This document shows positions 61,467-64,000 of a stretch of DNA of 64,000 nucleotides, piece by piece. Each line of letters begins with the position of its first letter. Position 1 is the first letter of the stretch. The notes under the pieces were generated by a model. That model had not been told where the DNA came from. It made no database searches and saw only the letters and a program-made list of their open reading frames with translations. A program made the translations under genes and the position numbers. Origin of the DNA: Eledone cirrhosa (Eukaryota); NCBI GenBank assembly GCA_964016885.1, contig OZ024759.1, forward strand, positions 33,294,001 through 33,358,000, given 5' to 3'.

Positions 61467-61686
61467 ATATATATCTATATATATATCCATATCCATATAT
61501 ATATATATATATATATATATATCCATATATATCTATATATATATCCATATCCATATATATATATATCCATATCCATATATATCTATATATATATCCATAT
61601 CCATATATATATATATCCATATCCATATATATCTATATATATATCCATATATATCCATATATATCTATATATATATCCATATATAT

Positions 61687-61744
<58 letters not shown>

Positions 61745-61817
61745 ATATATGTATATATATATCCAAATATATATATATATCCATATATGTATATATATAT
61801 TGTTATACTTTGGGAGG

Positions 61818-61860
61818 GTCACTGAAGAGGTCACAGAGTGTGTGACGAAAGGACTATGAC
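61818..61860 (+). ncRNA. Minimal type I hammerhead ribozyme (family A)
   Basis: gtca CUGAAGA g gtcaca-gagtg-tgtgac GAAA g-ga-c UA tgac, preceded by the inverted family A terminus ttgttatactttgggagg. Confidence 0.72.
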
Positions 61861-61888
61861 TATATATATATATATATATATATATATC

Positions 61889-61919
<31 letters not shown>

Positions 61920-61936
61920 CCATGTATATATATATC

Positions 61937-61975
<39 letters not shown>

Positions 61976-62003
61976 ATATATGTTTATATATATATAAATA
62001 TAT

Positions 62004-62089
<86 letters not shown>

Positions 62090-62104
62090 ATGTATATAAA
62101 TATC

Positions 62105-62185
<81 letters not shown>

Positions 62186-62200
62186 ATGTATATAAATATC

Positions 62201-62231
<31 letters not shown>

Positions 62232-62251
62232 CCATGTATATAAATATCCAC

Positions 62252-62331
<80 letters not shown>

Positions 62332-62338
62332 ATGTATC

Positions 62339-62409
<71 letters not shown>

Positions 62410-62491
62410 ATGTATATATATATCCATACATATATCTACATATACATATATCCATGTATATATATATATCCATATATATATATATCCATGT

Positions 62492-62529
<38 letters not shown>

Positions 62530-62531
<2 letters not shown>

Positions 62532-62628
62532 AAGGCGGGTAAAATTCCCGAGATCCATGGACGAGTTCTCTCCAGCGGTCTCTGTCCCTAATTATCGCTG
62601 CCATGTCCTGCATCTCCAACAGACCAGT
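62530..62628 (-). mobile_element. RTE LINE extreme 3' fragment
   Basis: [32 protein letters not shown] carries the DRxxWR terminal motif; embedded in (TA)n. Confidence 0.7.
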
Positions 62629-62646
62629 ATATATATATATCCATAA

Positions 62647-62702
<56 letters not shown>

Positions 62703-62703
62703 A

Positions 62704-62840
<137 letters not shown>

Positions 62841-62843
62841 CCA

Positions 62844-62894
<51 letters not shown>

Positions 62895-63055
62895 CCACAT
62901 ATATATATATATCTCCATATATATATATATCCATATATATATATATCCATATATATATATCCATACATACATATATATACATAGATACAACATACATATA
63001 TATACATAGATACATACATATATATATACATATACACATACATATATATACATAG

Positions 63056-63107
<52 letters not shown>

Positions 63108-63451
63108 TAGTTGATTCCTTGAATTGCTGGTGCAGAGTCCTGAGCCAGCTCTCTGCGAAACAGGCGTATCAGGAAGGTAAACAATATATATATGTATATA
63201 TTATGTCCCTATTACGGGCGTAAATAATCTTGTGCAATGTTCTGCTAATTCATCGTGGTCCAGAGGCCAAACAACAATAACAACAATTGGAACCACAGAT
63301 AACTAGAATGGAAACCACGTTCCTAGTTATCGATCGACAGTGGGTGTTCTAGAATTCTCGCGAAATTAACATGAACAGACGCGTATGCCCTTAAGACAAT
63401 TCATAGCAATATTTAACGCGCTACAGTATCCCAAAAATAGCCATTAGTATA

Positions 63452-63634
63452 TTTGTTTCTACATTTGGTACAAGTCCAGCAATTATCCAGTACATTACTG
63501 GTACTTTATTTTATCGACCCCGTAAGGATGAAAGGCAAACTTAACCTTGACGGGATTTGATCTCAGATCATAAAGGGAGGTTCCTATATGCTTCAAAGCA
63601 GCATGGTGTCAGACTCACTACCGATACTGCCAAG
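63452..63634 (-). mobile_element. Meta-like SINE
   Basis: actggtactttattttatcgaccccgtaaggatgaaaggcaaac...accgatactgccaa. Confidence 0.9.
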
Positions 63635-63816
63635 TAAAATATACTTATATTATCGTACAATCTACATAAACATTTCTAGCTTCATATTTTCATTCAGTCT
63701 GTCGAGCCTATATTATGGTAAATGAGACTAGTACAAGATTACAGGAATATACTCCTGGAATCATATGAATGACAATCTAATGTCTTTAAGTATTCAGAGA
63801 AAACACGTCTACGATA

Positions 63817-64000
63817 CCAGCGACTTGAAAACTCTGGTACAAAAACTACACTTGTGACAATTATTGACACATAGTGCTGGGCCCATGGTACCATGCGACG
63901 ACAAGTGCAGAGAGATCTCCAGATATAAAGCAATGCTTGTGTCGTGAAGCTTTTATAGTGAGCAAAGGCACTGCACAAAGCCAGTCCCACTCTCTTAACC
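63817..64000 (-). mobile_element. Bipartite RTE-derived element copy, 3'-truncated, running off the window
   Basis: Reverse complement of ~17580-17764 with scattered substitutions. Confidence 0.9.

Noticed and set aside
63817-64000. The window end and start are near-consecutive parts of the same element on the same strand, suggesting circularity or a 64-kb tandem unit
   Set aside because: The family is multi-copy (a third copy lies at 17.3 kb), about 100 bp of the element is missing between the two parts, and coincidence is sufficient.

Overview
AT-rich eukaryotic non-coding DNA (intronic or intergenic), most likely from an octopus-like cephalopod. That is an inference from the tRNA-derived SINE families and the extreme (TA)n/(CA)n/(GATA)n microsatellite load. 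There is a 200-N gap at 47-246 and no convincing host protein-coding gene; nearly all listed ORFs are microsatellite artefacts. The unique islands between microsatellites are mostly retroelement remnants: Meta-domain-like and CORE-like tRNA SINEs (one nested with a TSD), RTE LINE 3' fragments, and a TSD-flanked bipartite non-autonomous RTE element with a possible HDV-like ribozyme at its 5' end. Several short families, embedded in (TA)n, carry hammerhead ribozyme folds and inverted repeats typical of Penelope-like element (PLE) pLTRs; one copy abuts a PLE reverse-transcriptase fragment. Highlights: (1) an apparently intact type I hammerhead with the compensatory U3-A8 core at 30222-30316; (2) minimal hammerheads inside MITE-like inverted repeats; (3) palindromes built from two half-hammerheads; (4) a fold-back element with two convergent tRNA-like units. 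All folds and alignments were made by eye; no database searches were run.
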